64,000 nt of DNA from Mobula hypostoma. Lineage: Eukaryota. A program made the position numbers and the translations under genes. The stretch lies in assembly GCF_963921235.1 (NCBI RefSeq), contig NC_086108.1, positions 45,138,001-45,202,000 on the forward strand. Reading direction: 5' to 3'. The notes beneath the pieces are model-generated. The model did no database searches, was not told the origin of the DNA, and saw only the letters and a list, made by a program, of their open reading frames with translations. Shown here piece by piece: positions 37,533 to 51,485 of the stretch. Numbering within the stretch: position 1 is the stretch's first letter; the number at the start of each line of letters is the position of its first letter.

Positions 37533-40500
37533 TGTTATGTTTTGTAACTCCAAAATAGAAAACTAATTGAATGAAAACACAGACTGTATACTTAGTTTTG
37601 TTTTTACTTTAAGTGAGGAGCGCATATATGACGCGGTGGTGTGATGACTTATGCTATTCACTTGTATCTACATATAATGCATAATGAATTATTTAAACAA
37701 AAAACATAGGTTAAAATGTGGCTTATGACTTTTAATTTTACCCCCCAGAAATGTCTGCAGTCACTTAACACTTTAGTGGAAGGGTATTTATTAGGTGCAT
37801 CAAAAGCAAACTTACAAAAATTTGTGAAAATAGTGATAAAATGCCAATTTTTACAAAAATAATATCTGCAAGAAAAAAAGCAATAATAGCTCTACTTATT
37901 CTTGTCCATTGTGAGCACCTAGCAGCCCCTATCTCTCCTTTGCTGAGTACCAATCTCAGATTTTCGGGCCTCGTCTGCGGTGGTTGTAGGAGTTGCCTCT
38001 GGAACTGCAGGAAATGGTTCTGAAAGCACTGAGCACCTTTCTTCTCTATGCTTCTTTCTTCTCCAAGATGCTCCGGACATCTCTGGACGTGTTGGCATTC
38101 TGGACAGTGCTAGGCAAGCTGATCAATCTGCTGACCTATCCCAGGCCACTAGATGAATCTTTAAGCCAATGGTCCAGATGACCAGCATGTAGCTCCTTCA
38201 AAACTTTAGCCCTTAGCTTGGATGGTACAACAACACTCATTCCCCAGATAAAGCAACCCCTGTCAAGGGCAAGTATATCTTGGAGCTGGTAAAAATGTGG
38301 GATCTGGAACCTTGGCTGCACATTCCAGCCATTTTGTGTGGCCATGTAAAATTGAAACAGGGTGCGGTCTTTTTTGGTTTCCCTTTGGATCATCTCTGCT
38401 GTAATAGGGAGATTTTCAGTTTGTGTTAATGCAAATACGTCAAGCAGAGTGTTCTCTTTTGTCAAATTTTTGTTTTACTTTCAGCTCATTTCAGCTGGTT
38501 GGTTGAAGGAGTTAAACTTCTAAACTATATTTTCCACCCAAGCATTCAGCAAAACTGGCAGCCATTTTTTATTGGCTTTTTCACTTGCTTTACTGCCAAT
38601 TTGCTCAGTATATAAAATCCAGTTATCTTTTGTGCAATCAAATGCATCTATCTTTCCGATGTAGCCAGCCATTTCTGCTGTTGTTTTTTATTTGTGATTA
38701 CTGTCACTAAGTGCTTCGGAACCTGTGAATTCATCCAGTTTCTGCCTTTTTTTAAAACTCGACCGTTTCTCTCCTCCTGTGAAAAAAGCATGCTGCGCTT
38801 TTTGTTCAACTCGCTATGCTTTTGTTTAACTGGAGTGTCGCGCGTCCTTCAATAGGTAGTTACTCATTTTGGGTTTTGTGTAAAACTTGCTCCTTGCCAC
38901 TATTATGGTTTGTAACTCCAAAGCATAACACTAACAGAGAGAAAACATGGAGCTGGGAGATGTGTATGCTTAGTTTCATTTTTATTTTAAGTGAGATAAG
39001 ACCATAAGATGTAGGAGCAGAATTAGGCCATTCAGCCCATTGAGTCTGCTCTGCTATTCCATCATGGTTTATCCTGGATCCCACTCAACCACACACACCT
39101 GCCTTCTCGCCATATTCTTTGATGCCCTGACCAATCGGGAACCTATCAACTTCCGCCTTAAATATATGCACGGACTTGGCCTCCACTGCAGTTTGTGGCA
39201 GAGCATTCCACAGATTCAATACTCTCTGGGTAAAAAAAAAAAAATCCTCCTTACCTCTGTTCTCAAAGGTTACCCCTCAATTTTGAGGCTGTGCTCTTTA
39301 GTTCTGGATACCCCCACCACAGGGAACATCCTCTCCACATCCACCTTATCTGGTCCTTTCAACATTCAGTATGTTTCAATGAGATCCTCACACATTCTTC
39401 TAAATCCAGTGAGTACAAGCCCAAAGCTGCCAAACGCTCCTCATATATTAACCCTTTCATTCCCAGAATGATCCTCGTGAACCTCCTCTGGACTCTCTCC
39501 AATGACAACACATCCTTTCTGAGATATGGGGCCCAAAACTGTTGACAGTACCCCATGTGTGGCCTGACTAGTGTCTTATATGTCCTTAATATTATCTCCT
39601 TGCTTTTATATTCTGTTCCCATTGAAATAAATGCCTACATTGCATTTGCCTTCTTCACCACAAACTCTACCTGTAAATTAACCTTCAAGGAGTCTTGCAT
39701 GAGGACTCTAAGACCCTCTGCACCTCTGATTTTTGAACCTTCTCCCCATTTAGATAACAGTCTACATTATTGTTCCTTTTACCAAAATGCATCATCATAT
39801 ATTTCCCAACCCTATATTCCATCTGCCACATTTTTACCCATTCTTCCAATGTGCCTAAATCCTGCTGCAACTCACTGCTTTCCTCAGCACTACTTACCCC
39901 TCTACCTATCTTCATATCATCTGCAGACATTGCCACAAAACCATCAATTCCACTATCCAAATCATCGATAAACAATGTGAAAAGCAGTGGTCCCAATACT
40001 GACCCCTGAGAAACACCACTAATCACTGGCAGTCAACCAGACAAGGCCCCCTTTATTTCCCACTTGCTGTCTCCTGCCTGTCAGCCATTCCTCTATCCGT
40101 GCCAGTATCTTTCCTGTAACACCATAGGATTTGATCTTGTTAAGCAGCCTCATGTGTAACACCTTGTCAAATGCCTTCTGAAAATCTAAGTAGAAGACAT
40201 CCACTGCCTCTCCTTTGTCCATCCTGCTTGTTACTTCCTCAAAGATCTCTAACAGATTTGTCAGGCAAGACTTCCCTTTATAGGAACCATTCTGATTTTG
40301 ACTTATTTTATCATTAGTCTCCAAGTACCCTGAAACCTCTTTCTTAATAATAGACTCCAACACTTTCCCAACTACTGAGGTTAGGCTAACTGGCCTATAA
40401 TTTTCTTTCTTTTGCCTTCCTCCCTTTATAAAGACTGGAGTGACATTTGCAGTTTTTCAGTCCTCTAGGACCATGCCTTGAAAGATCATGACCAATCCAT

Positions 40501-41840
40501 TGGTTATCTCTTCAGCAACCTTTCTCAGGACTCTGGGATGTAGTCCATCTGGCCCAGGTGACTTATCCACCTTAAGACCTTTGCATTTGCCTTGCACTTT
40601 TTCCTTTGTAGTAGCAATAGCTCTTACTCCTGCACCCTGACACACAGACCTCTGGCACACTGCTAGTGTCTTCCACAATGAAGACTGATGCAAAGAACCC
40701 ATTAAGTTCATCTGCTATTTCTTTGTTCCCCATTACTACCTCACCAGCATCATTTTCCAGAGGTCCAATATCAACTCTCATCTCCCTTTTATTCTTTATA
40801 TAACTGAAAAAAGTATCCTGCTTTATATTATTGGCTAGTTTGCCCTCATTTTCATCTTTTCCCTTCTTATAGCATTTTAGTTGCCTTTTGTTGGATTTTA
40901 AAAGCTTCCAAATCATCCAACTTCCCACTCACTTTTGCTACCTTTCCTTGGCTTTTCTGCAGTTCTGAACTTCCCTTGTCAGCCATGGTTTCCTACCCCT
41001 GCCATTTGAGAACAACTTCTTCTATGGTACATATCTGTCCTGTACCTTGTGAACTATTCCCAGAAACTTCAGCCACCTCTGCTCTGCTGTCATCCCCACC
41101 AGTATCCTCCTGCAATGCAAGTTCCTCTCTCATGCCTGTGTAATTCCCTTTATTCCATTGCATGTGACTTGTGCTCCCTCTCAAATTGCAGTATGAATTC
41201 AATCATATTATCATCACTGCCTCCTAAGGGTTCCTTTACGTTAAGCTCCCTAATAAGATCTGAGTTATTACACAACACCCACTCTAGGATAGCCTTTCCC
41301 CAGTAAACTTAAGCACAAGCTGCTCTATAAAGTCATCTCGTAGGCATTCAACAAATTCCCTCCCTTGCAGTCCGACACCAAACTGATTTTCCCAGTCCCC
41401 GTGCATATTGAAGTTCCCCATTACAATTATGACATTACCCTTATTTCCAGCTTCCTTTGCAATCTCAACCCCACATCTTGGCTACTATTGGAGGCCTATA
41501 TGTGATTCCCATAATGTTTTTTTTTTCACTCTTGCAGTCTCTTAACTCCACCCAAAAAGATTCAACATTCTCTGACCCTATGTCACCTCTTTCTAAAGAT
41601 CTCTTACCAACAGAGCCACACCACCACCTGTGACTTCCTGCTTGTCCTTTCAATACAAAGTATATCCTTTGATGTTAAACTCCCACTATGACCTTTCAGT
41701 CACGACTCAGTGATGCACATACTGAGATGATGTGCACCGTTCAACTACTTTTATATATAACCCTAATGAATTATTTAAACAATTGAAAAATGTTTAATCA
41801 AACAATATATTTTAAATACTACTCAAATATTGGAGATTTT
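37533..41840 (-). mobile_element. Internally deleted Gypsy LTR retrotransposon (K02A2.6-like); 5' LTR split by a CR1
   Basis: LTR copies 37533-37710 and 38901-38995 plus 41715-41840 (tgtaactccaaa; taatgaattatttaaacaa); PBS-like gtggcaaggag at about 38890-38900; gag start MAGYIGKIDAFD at 38672; ORF 38136-38465 LPITAE..VLKELHAGH followed by WPG..CPEC (integrase HHCC). Confidence 0.85.
38996..41715 (-). mobile_element. CR1 LINE, 5'-truncated within the APE domain
   Basis: ORFs 41465-41653 (YRPP), 40457-40711 (KSPGPDGLHPRVL), 40019-40363 (DFQKAFDKV), 39685-40026 (QGSVLGP, ADD), 39359-39622; (cataagac)n tail. Confidence 0.93.
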
Positions 41841-41939
41841 CGCAAACTATGATTCCTTCTCTGCACTTCCTTATCTATCATTAACCTATGATTTTCCCAA
41901 AGAATTCTCTTCAATTTGCTAAGTACAGCCTGATATTTG

Positions 41940-43350
41940 CCACTGGAAAATTGCTGGGATCCATTATTAGGAAAGCAGGAGCAAGTAGAAAATTATAACC
42001 TGGTTAAGCAGAAGCAATCAGGTTTGACAAACTTACTTGAATCCTTTGATAGTAAAACTAAAAGTGCGTAAAGGAGAGACTAGATGCAGTGTTTTAGGAT
42101 TCCCAGATGGCATTTGATGAGGTGTCATATAAAAAAGAAAGCTACAGTACTTGACAATGAGGAAATAATGGGATAGTGGAGATAAATGGATCATTTTCAG
42201 GTTGCCAAGCTGTAATTAGTGGGCTCTTTGCTGTATCTTCACAATCTTCAATATATATTTAATGACTTAAGTCGAAGGACTGATTGTATTGCAGCCAAAT
42301 TTGGTGACAACACACATATAGCTGGATAATATAACACAAATAAATTCCTGAACAGGATGCACAAGGTATACAAAAGGATGCATAGTTAATATCTAATAAT
42401 CTACTGTACAACTGTTCAGAAATCCCAATGTTTTCACATCTGGCTCACCGGGACCCTGTTTTCCATTTTGCACATTCCTTTTGATCACACCAGGGCCTGG
42501 TGTCCTGCATTCCATGTAAATTCACTAGCTCTTCTGGAAAATTTATTGCATGACTGTGTAAAATCTTTAAAAAAAAAAGTAAATTAACAGTTTGTTGGGT
42601 ATAAATAAGAGTAATATCCAATAATCTGGAACATCTGCCAGTCTGACACTATCAATGTCCTGAGGGTTCTGCATTATCAAATTTTTAATGTTGGTAGGTT
42701 AAGTGAGTGGGCAGACATTCAGATGGATATAATGTGGAGAAATATAATGTTTTCCATTTGGTAGGGGAATAAAAAAGCAAAGAAATTACCCAAGCCTTAC
42801 TTGTACATGAAGCATTTAAAATGAGCATGCAGATACAACAGGAAATTAGGAAAACAGATGGAATGTTGGCAAAGTGGATGAAATCTAAATGTTAAAAGTC
42901 TTCATACAACTGCTCATGGTATTAGTGAAATCTGAAGTATTGTGTACAATTTTTGTCTTATTAAATAGGGATACTTGCATTGGAAGCAATTCAGAGAACG
43001 TTCACTGGATTGATTCTTGGAATAATGGGATGATATTTGATGTAGGTTCTGAGAAGATATTTCTCCTCATGGAAAATCTAAAATTAGGGACCTTTGTTTC
43101 TGAGTAACCGGTTGCCCGCCTAAGACCAGAATAGGAGAAATATCTTCTTAGGCGAATCTTTGGAATTCTTCAAGCAGAATAATATTACTATTCAAGCAGA
43201 GACTTTTGGTTTAAAAGGTTAGGGGGAATAGACAAGAAGGTGGAACTGAGGCCAAGATTGGATCAGATCAGTTGTGATTTTATACTGAGCTGTGATTTTA
43301 TTGATGGTGGAGCTAGGACTAGGGGCTGCTTGCATACCTTTTTCTTCCTC
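41940..43350 (+). mobile_element. Very old CR1 ORF2 remnant
   Basis: gattcccagatggcatttgatgagg (DFQ.AFD), gccaaatttggtgacaac (KF.DD), tttgaagcaattcagagaacgttcact-type C-terminal motifs. Confidence 0.6.
42402..42692. mobile_element. Possible old Tc1/mariner-type MITE within the CR1
   Basis: Interrupts CR1 colinearity; weak tactgtacaact..atcc / gcattatcaaatttttaatgt termini. Confidence 0.35.
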
Positions 43351-43859
43351 ATGTACTTTATGTCCTTTGAAATACATGCTGGCTACTAATAACTATTTTA
43401 TATTCATCTAAATGACTATCAATTAAACTGTAAAATGACCCTTTAATATTTAGATGCCTGTAATTACCAAGATTAATTGACTCCCTTTACAAAGTAGAAA
43501 TTATATTAGTATTCTCTCATCAAATACACACATACTCTTGAGATCCATGATAAAAAGAATAAAACGCATTACTGGATTGAAAAAGTTACTTCTTTCCCAT
43601 TTGATCTTGGTTGATCTTTAAGTTGACCAAGGCTCCAACAATGGACATAACCATTACATTACATTTGTCAGTTCATCTTACTGAAGCATTTTGACTGTAT
43701 TTTGAATCTAAGTTTTCCAATGGTACTGATTGTATAGAGTCTTTTATTCAAGGCCTCATATAAGACCAGTGTTATTTTTATGGTACTTTTGGTGTAGCAC
43801 ATGTCAAGATACTTAGCAATATAAGTATAAAACAGAATTTGTCTATAAGTCATAGGTGA

Positions 43860-44640
43860 CCAAAAGCTTAGTCAAAGACATGGGTTTAACAAGTATTTTC
43901 AAAAGGGAAAGAGAAGTAGAGAAGTTTAGTGGTGGAACTTAAGAGTTTGGCGCTCTGGCAACAGAAAACAATGTTGGCAGTGGTGGACCAATTAAGTTCA
44001 AGTTCAAAATAATTTATTATCAAAGTACATATATGTCACCATATGCTACCTTCTGATTCATTTTCTTGCAGGCATTTACCCAAGAAAAGAAATGCAATAG
44101 AATTTTACGAAAAAATATACATAATTAAAGACAGACAGACAAACAGTCAATGTTCAGAATAAACTGTGCAAATGAAAAAAGATACTGAGACTATGAGTTG
44201 TAAAGAGTCCCTGAAAGTGAATTAAGTTCTACTATAATTAAGGGGCAATTGGAGGTGCAGAGATATCTTGGATGGTTGTAGATTACAGAGATAGAGATGG
44301 CTGAGGCCATGGAAGAACTTGGTAAACAAAGATGAGGTTTTTAAAATCTAGTGATTGTTCACCTGATAAACAAAATAGATCATCAAGTATAGAGGTGAAA
44401 TGTTATTAGGTCATGGACAACAGAGTTTCAGATGACCTTAAACTCTTGAGGTAGAACAATGGTTGGACCAAGTGTGTTGGAAGAGTCAAATTTGAATTTA
44501 TCAAAGGGCCGAGGGTTTGGGCAGCAGATGAATTGAGATGGGGCAAAGTCAGGCCAATTTGTGGCAGTGTAGGCACTCTAAGTGATCCAAAATTCATTCC
44601 AGGATTAAAATTGACTTGAGAAATTTGTTCAGCTTTGAAG
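43860..44640 (-). mobile_element. Old L2 LINE 3' fragment
   Basis: ORF 44406-44711 contains LPHLNSSAAQTL..INSNL, resembling the L2 SAAETLIHAFVTSRLD motif. Confidence 0.55.
44000..44219 (-). mobile_element. Rex/Babar 3'UTR insertion into the L2
   Basis: aagttcaa tail; candidate 10-bp TSD aattaagttc at 43990-43999 and 44220-44229. Confidence 0.75.
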
Positions 44641-47169
44641 AGGTGCCGGGAATGGAGTCGAAGCTTGGGGAGTGGAATTTGTGAAGGGAACTGAGCCAAT
44701 GCTTGATTCACATATTAGTTTTGAGATTGCATTGCTTATTAATGGCTTTCTTATCAGCTGGTGGTTTTCAGCTCATGATTCTGCTGCCTGTTAATTAAGG
44801 AATTTCTAGGATTGGTAGGATTTGTTGATGTTTGCAAGACAGAGTTTTGGATTTATTAGAGGCGATCAATATGGAAAGAAGAAATCTTGATGTCTGGCTT
44901 ACACAGTGATAGAGTTAGCCTTTGTAAAGATGAATTTGTCTGATGGTATGTGTATATGTCCTGTCTTTATAAGACAATGATATTTATCTTTGGTAAAGTC
45001 ACAGGAGATTGTCCTCAGCCAGATAGAACAACATAAATGCAGAATGAGTTTGTTGTGAGCTGCTGGAAAGAGGATCAATACAGCATGCAGGAACAGTGAG
45101 TAATATCGGTTTTGGAGATTTAACAGCATTTGGTTAACAAGTTGACAAGGTTGGCTCAGGGAAGGTTGAGTGGAGCAAGAAGACTCACAAGCAATACCAT
45201 GGGAATTGCACCATTTTAAAATTCAAAGTCTTAGAGCTTAGCTGAAGTAACAAATCAAAAATTTTTTTTGGCAGCAGGAAATAAAGAAAACTGCACTCTT
45301 TTGCTAACATCTAAATGAAGAACTCCTGTTTGTCATTCATTGTGAAATCAGAAGTGTTTCTTAATACATGTGTTCCTAGTTGTTGTGAGCATGGGAATTA
45401 TTGTCCTGCCGACTCCTGTTGCTTTAATCTATGTATAATAATTGGATGACTTGAAGGCACAGTGTATTGACATGCTGTGCTGCCCCTTGCTGTGTTGTGC
45501 CGTGGTGTGCCAAACTGAGCTATGCCATTATTCTGCTTAATATTTCTTGCATGGATACTGATCTCAGCTCTATCCTATCCACCTTTGCAGAGGTAATAGG
45601 TAGAGCCCTTGCACATAAACGAAAAGACTCTTCCTCCACTCCTCTAGCCTTCATTATCTCTCACAACTCCTTGCAAGATGCTGTGGATTATATTGTGAAG
45701 CTTAGCACGGAGAAATAGAAAGGTAAAATAGCAGTAGTATTAAAATTAACATCATTTAAAGTAATTTAACAGCTTGAAGTATAAATGGTACTTTTGAATG
45801 AACATTATTTCCAGTTGCTCCTGTACTGTATTTCCAACATTTTGAGATTATCTTGGGAAACATGTCAGCCACTGGTACTTTGTCAATTGGATTACATCTC
45901 AAATTTATCCCCTGTTGCTCCCAATGCTTTGTAGTAGCCCTCGCTCAAGAACTAATTTCCATGCCAACTTACCTCGAGCACTATGAACCTGAATCTAAAA
46001 TGTTAGCAGAGTTTTTCCAAATTTCTCTCTTTAATAGAGCTCTATATTTCCTGTCTTATTTTTAAAAGGTGGCTCACAATGGCTTTCTTGGCAGCTTCTC
46101 GGTTTGGCAGTGAACTAGAGTGGACCAAATAAAAGGGCAATATTTATAACCCCAAAACCACTGGCATCATTTCCCTGGCATGTTTCTGAAATTCTAGCTA
46201 TTTACTTTTTGCCTGAACAACTTAGCATTTTAGTAAGTCAAAGGAGTTTTAGTTATATTCACAGCTGGTTTATTACTTATAAAATAAACTTTGCCAAAAA
46301 TCCTTTGTCCTATCCCAGAAAAAAAGTGAATATACACTCAAGAAGCTGGTGTTGTCAGATTTATAGTTTTTCCTCAACTTTTTTCTCTTCTTTCCAGTGG
46401 CTCTCAGTGATTGGTTGTGTGATTCTAGATTCTGAGAGTCAATAGGATGTTTAACACAAGGCATAAAAGTACAAGCCTTCCCTCTCTCTGTATCCTTACA
46501 AATGCACCTTCTAAAATCAATCATTGAATAACAGACTGGACATGGAAATGTTCCTTTTGATAGCATAGAGTATTTTGTAGCATCCCTGTCAATTGCAGAT
46601 AGGGCCTGGTGTCAAATGGCTTGGGATTATTTTGGTGTATTAACTAGCAGAGCTGTGGAGGGAGCTGTCGTGTGGTATTTTCCTAGCAATGTGGTTATAT
46701 CTGCTTGCACCTAGTTAATGTTAAATAATCTGAATTTCAGAACTTCATTTATTTTGTGGTTATGGGTCACCTGTGGAAGTTGTTGATCTAGCAGACAGGA
46801 GAGTTGCTGTTCTCACCACACAGTAAAAAGTTGAATAATTAAACTTTAAACCTTTATGACTGTATTAGTAAATCATAGTTATGGATGGTGAAATATTATG
46901 TTTGTCTTGTAGGAATGGCTTGTAGAGAAGTCTTTGAAACTTGCAGTTCACCCAAACTGAAAACTCTTTCAGACAACAAACTGTCTTTCATCAGTTGGAA
47001 ATAAGGATGGAATTTCTGAAATGTGCTTTAGTAGGATGAGACTAATAATTCCTTGAATTATTATTGTACATAAATGTTGTAACAGCCACAAGCAAAATTA
47101 ATTTGCTTTTCTTCTCAGTAGTAAAAAAGACGTAAAACACTAGATTGTCCAGTGGTCTTAGTTTTGTTT

Positions 47170-47375
47170 GGAGATACAGTGTGGCCACAGGTCCTGTGGC
47201 CCAACAAATCTTCACAGCCTAATTACACCTGTGTGACCAATCAACCTACATCTTTAGAAACCCACACAATCACAGGGAGAACGTACAAACTCCTCCCAGA
47301 CAGCTGTGGAATTGAACCTGGGTCACTGGCGCTGTAATTGCATTACACTAACTGCTATGCCGATGTGCTGCCCCA
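47170..47375 (-). mobile_element. V-SINE/HE1-type SINE
   Basis: cacagggagaacgtacaaactcc..ggaattgaacctgggtcactggcgctgtaa (B-box on the minus strand). Confidence 0.7.
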
Positions 47376-47645
47376 ACCAGGACCTCATTCTCAGCCAGTT
47401 ACAACAGTGATTAACAATGGAAAAAACCAAGGTCATAATCATTTAAAGAGTGAATGACTTTAATCCTGTCTTTCAGGGAATTCCCACCGTTACTGCGCAG
47501 AACATTCCAGTCCTATGCCAGTCATTCTAGCTCTTTAGTTTATCACTAAATCTGTATTTCAATAGTCCTTAGTACTCAAAATCATTTGCATCTAAAGCAA
47601 TATAATTTGATACCTCTGAATATCGGAGAAATTTGAAAGCTTTTA

Positions 47646-48052
47646 AATTATATTCCACCTGGGTAGCCTCCAGCCTAATGGCATGAATATCGATTTCTCC
47701 TTCTGGTTTAAAAAAATTACCTCCCCCCGCTTTCTTTTTCTATTCCCCACTCTGGCGTCTTACCTCTTCTTACCTGCCTGTCATCTCCTCCTCTTTCCCT
47801 TTCTCCCAAGGTCCACACTCCTCTCCTACCAAATTCTCCCTCTCCAGCCCTTTAGCTTTCCCACCCACCTGTCTTCACCTATCACCTGCTAGCTATTCTC
47901 CTTTCCCTCCCGTCACCTTTTTGTTAGGGCATCTTCACCATTCCTTTCCAGTCCTGAAGAAGGGTCTCGGCCCAAACATCGATTGCTCATTTCCATGGAT
48001 GCTGCCTGACCTGCTAGGTTCTTCCAGCATTTTGTGTGTGTGTGCGTTGCTT
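47646..48052 (+). mobile_element. Penelope-like element 3' end (GIY-YIG C-terminus plus terminal repeat)
   Basis: ..IFHLGSLQPNGMNIDFS coding remnant; pyrimidine-rich spacer; gtcctgaagaagggtctcggccc..gatgctgcctgacctgct..ccagcattttgtgtgtg. Confidence 0.78.
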
Positions 48053-48869
48053 TAAAGTATTTTTCCTGTTTTGATAGTAGGGACTTCAGGGGGCAGTATG
48101 ATAGCCTGAAGCCTTTTCACTACCGAGTTCCGTCATACCTCATTGGAGGCCTCCTGGTCAATAAGTCAGCTGGATCATCCTTCTGTAAATGGCTGAGATA
48201 ATGTGAGTGGTTGAAGACTGCAGGCAGTGAGTTGGTTGATTGGATCAAGTCCACTTGATTCAGGTGACACCAAGGAGAATGTGGAGAAAAGGGTACTGAT
48301 CATAACTTCTGTGAGGCCAGATCACTTCTGTTCATCTGATCTTCCTGAGCTAAAGATGCCCATTGGGTGGGTTGTGGACCTGACCATTAAATTGGATCTA
48401 ATTTCAACAAGGTCCTTCTCAAAACACTCTCAGTCATCAGAAACCACTTAAAATAACCTTATTGATATCAATGTAAGCGCAGATTGAGTGCTGGTAGTCC
48501 CCATTGCCTGTTACAGCCATTGTACACCAGCTTCAACCCCAGAATTTTGGATGCCCACTCTTTGTGAAAGCCTTTTCCCGTGCTGGAAAAACAAAATGAT
48601 TGATTTATGAACTCCTTTGCACTAATCTGTGGAGCATGAATATTGACATACGTATTTTCTTTGACCACAAGTGATTCCTTATTTGAAATGCAGTGCACTA
48701 GTAAATTAAGATGCAGAATTATTTGTCACATGGCTCTTGAAGGATATATTGCATGAATAAATGTGAAATTGACTTCATAAATTCTATCATATTTATACCT
48801 GACACAAATTTTGGATTGGTTAAGTTTAATGTTTAATCTTTCCCTCATGTCAGCAAAATAAAAGAGATA

Positions 48870-49592
48870 GTCATTGACTTCATGAAGTGGGGCAGTGCAT
48901 ATGCTCCTGTTTCCTCAGTGGCACGGAGTCAAGAGGGTTGAGAGCTTCAAGTTCCTAGGAGTGTTCATCAACAATAGCCTATCTTGGTCCAGTCACATAG
49001 ACACGATGACCAAGAAATCTCACTGGTGCCTCTACTTCCTTAAGAGGCCAAAGAAATTTGACTCTCACTGATTATTATTGATGTGCCATAGAAAGAATCC
49101 TCTCTGGGTGCTTGGTGTGGCAACTGCCCTGCCTGCGACTGCAAGAAACTGCAGGGAGTTGTGGACACAGCTCAGCACATTGTAGAAACTGACCTCCCCT
49201 CCATGGACTCTGTCTATATTTTGTACTGCGCTGTTAAAGCAGCCAGCATAATCAAAGACTCCACTCAGCCCAGACATTCTTTCTCCTCTCCTCTCTCATT
49301 GGGTAGAAAATACCATTAGGCTCTAGGACAGCTTCTATTCCACTGTTATAAGACTATTGAATAGTTTCCTGGTACAATAAGATGGACTTTTGACCTCACA
49401 GTTTAATTGCTATGACCTTGCACCTGCACTGCACTTTCTCCATAGCTGTGATGCTTCATTCTGCACTCTGTTATTGTTTTAATTTGTACCACCTCGATGC
49501 ACTGTTGCAATGAACTGATTTGTACGAGCACTGTATGACAAGCTTTTCCACGGTACCTCAGTAAGTGACAATTATAAACCAATTTACCAATT
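48870..49592 (+). mobile_element. Rex1/Babar LINE 3' fragment
   Basis: RVESFKFLG..L.WS.H; cctctacttcct (LYFL); RKKLQ.VVDTAQHI-like remnants. Confidence 0.8.
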
Positions 49593-50310
49593 GATTATTT
49601 ATTTACCACTGAATGAGAAGGGAAAAAAAACCATAGGAATAGCTTCTAGTATTTAATTCTGTCCCGTTCCTGACGCTGTTCATCTGTATTGAGTGTGGGA
49701 CCTGTGGGTGCAGTATGTCAGTGAAAGAAGCACATTCATAGTGGAGTTACAGCTTGCCTGAAAAACCCATGAAGGTTTTCAGCCAATAAAGTGTCACTTT
49801 AATTCAGTTGTATTTATGGTATTTGTTAGCAAGGATAACATGAAGGGAGTAACATGGAAGTAAAAGCCCTTAAGCTTAATATGTTTATGGAAAAGCTTAA
49901 GGAAAAATAACAGATTAGGTGTTCAAAAACACACAATTCAAGTTGAAGGTGTTGTTATAGGACATGTAAGAAAGTGGAAAAGTAAAGTGGGAAAATAGAG
50001 TAAGCTGAATATATGTGATTTTAAATAAATGTTATGATAAGGCTAGAATTACACGTAATTGTCCATGGGAAATATATGACGTGTTGTTGATAGTGATTGG
50101 AGTTTTATCTAATTTTACGCATTACCTGTTGCAATATCGTTTCACCATGGATACTGTTCACATTGCTGCATGGACTTTATCAGGAGACAAGGCAGTGGTG
50201 TGAGGCACTGGACAGGGTTCAGAATGGATGGAGTAAAGAAAATAAATAGATCTGAATACTGGCCTTTAGGAAAGGAATGACTGGATAAGGAAGTGGTTTT
50301 CATTTGTGTC

Positions 50311-51243
50311 CATAAGACCATGAGATGTAGGAGCAGAATTAGGCCCTTTGGCCCATTGAGCCTGCTGTGCCATTTCATCATGGCTGTTCCAATTTTTCTC
50401 TCAGCCCCAATCTCTTGACTTCTCCCTGTATCCCTTCATGCCCTGACCAATCAAGAATCTATCAACCTCTGCCTTAAATATACATAAAGACTTGGCCTTC
50501 ACAGCTGCCTGTGGCACAGATTTCACAGATTCACCACTCCCTGGCTAAAGAAATTCCTCCTCATCTCTGATCTAAAAGGATGTCCCTCTATTCTGAGGCT
50601 CTGTCCTCTGGTCTTAGACTCTCCCACCATAGGAACCATCCTCTCCACATCCGCTCTACCAAAGCCTTTCACCATTCAATGAGTTTCAATTGTTCTTCTG
50701 AATTCTAGTGAATACAGGCCCAGGGACGTTAAACACACATCATATGACAAGCCATTCAATCCTGGAATTATTTTCAGGAACCACCTTTGAACCCTCTCCA
50801 GTTTCAGCACATCCTTTCTAAGATAAGGGGCCCAAAACTGCTCACAATACTCCAAGTGAGGCCTCACCAGTGCCTTATGAATCTTAACATCACAGCATTG
50901 CTTTTACATTCTAGTCCTCTTGCAATGAATGCTATCAATACATTTATCTTCCTCACCACAAACTCAACCTGCAAATTAACCTTTAGGGAATTCTGCACAA
51001 GGAATTCCAAATCTCTTTGTGCCTCAGTTTTTTTGTATTTTCCCTCCACTTAGAAAATAGTTAAGCCTTTCATTTCTTCTACCAAAGTGCATGACCATAC
51101 ACTTCCTGACACTGTAGTTCATCTGCCACTTCTTTGCCCATTCTATCCTTCTGTAGGCTCTCTACTTCCTCAAAACTACCTGCTCCTCCACCTATCTTCG
51201 TATCATCTGCAAACTTTGCAACAAAGCTATCAATTCTGCCAAA
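50311..51243 (-). mobile_element. CR1 LINE 3' fragment
   Basis: AKFADDTKIGG (51079-51291); RPHLEYCEQFWAPYLRKD (50676-50867); cataagaccat tail. Confidence 0.9.
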
Positions 51244-51339
51244 TGTCACCTGCTCATAACTCCAGAAAATCCCAAAGCTTTTTACAGACAATTTAGAATT
51301 TTTGACATGAAGTCCCCATTATAATATAGAGAACAAGAT

Positions 51340-51485
51340 GGCAGAAGCAGCAATGTATTTTATGAGATCATATACTGTATTTATTGGCAGGAGGGTAAGA
51401 GAATCTCCTGCTGTTCTTTGAAAAGTGGTGCAGCATCCTTTTTATCCACCCACTCTGGGTTGAACATCTCAACTGGTTTAACATT
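51340..51485 (-). mobile_element. SacSINE1/DeuSINE-like fragment
   Basis: gagaatctcctgctgttctttgaaaagtggtgcagcatcctttttatccacc..tggtttaaca. Confidence 0.45.
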
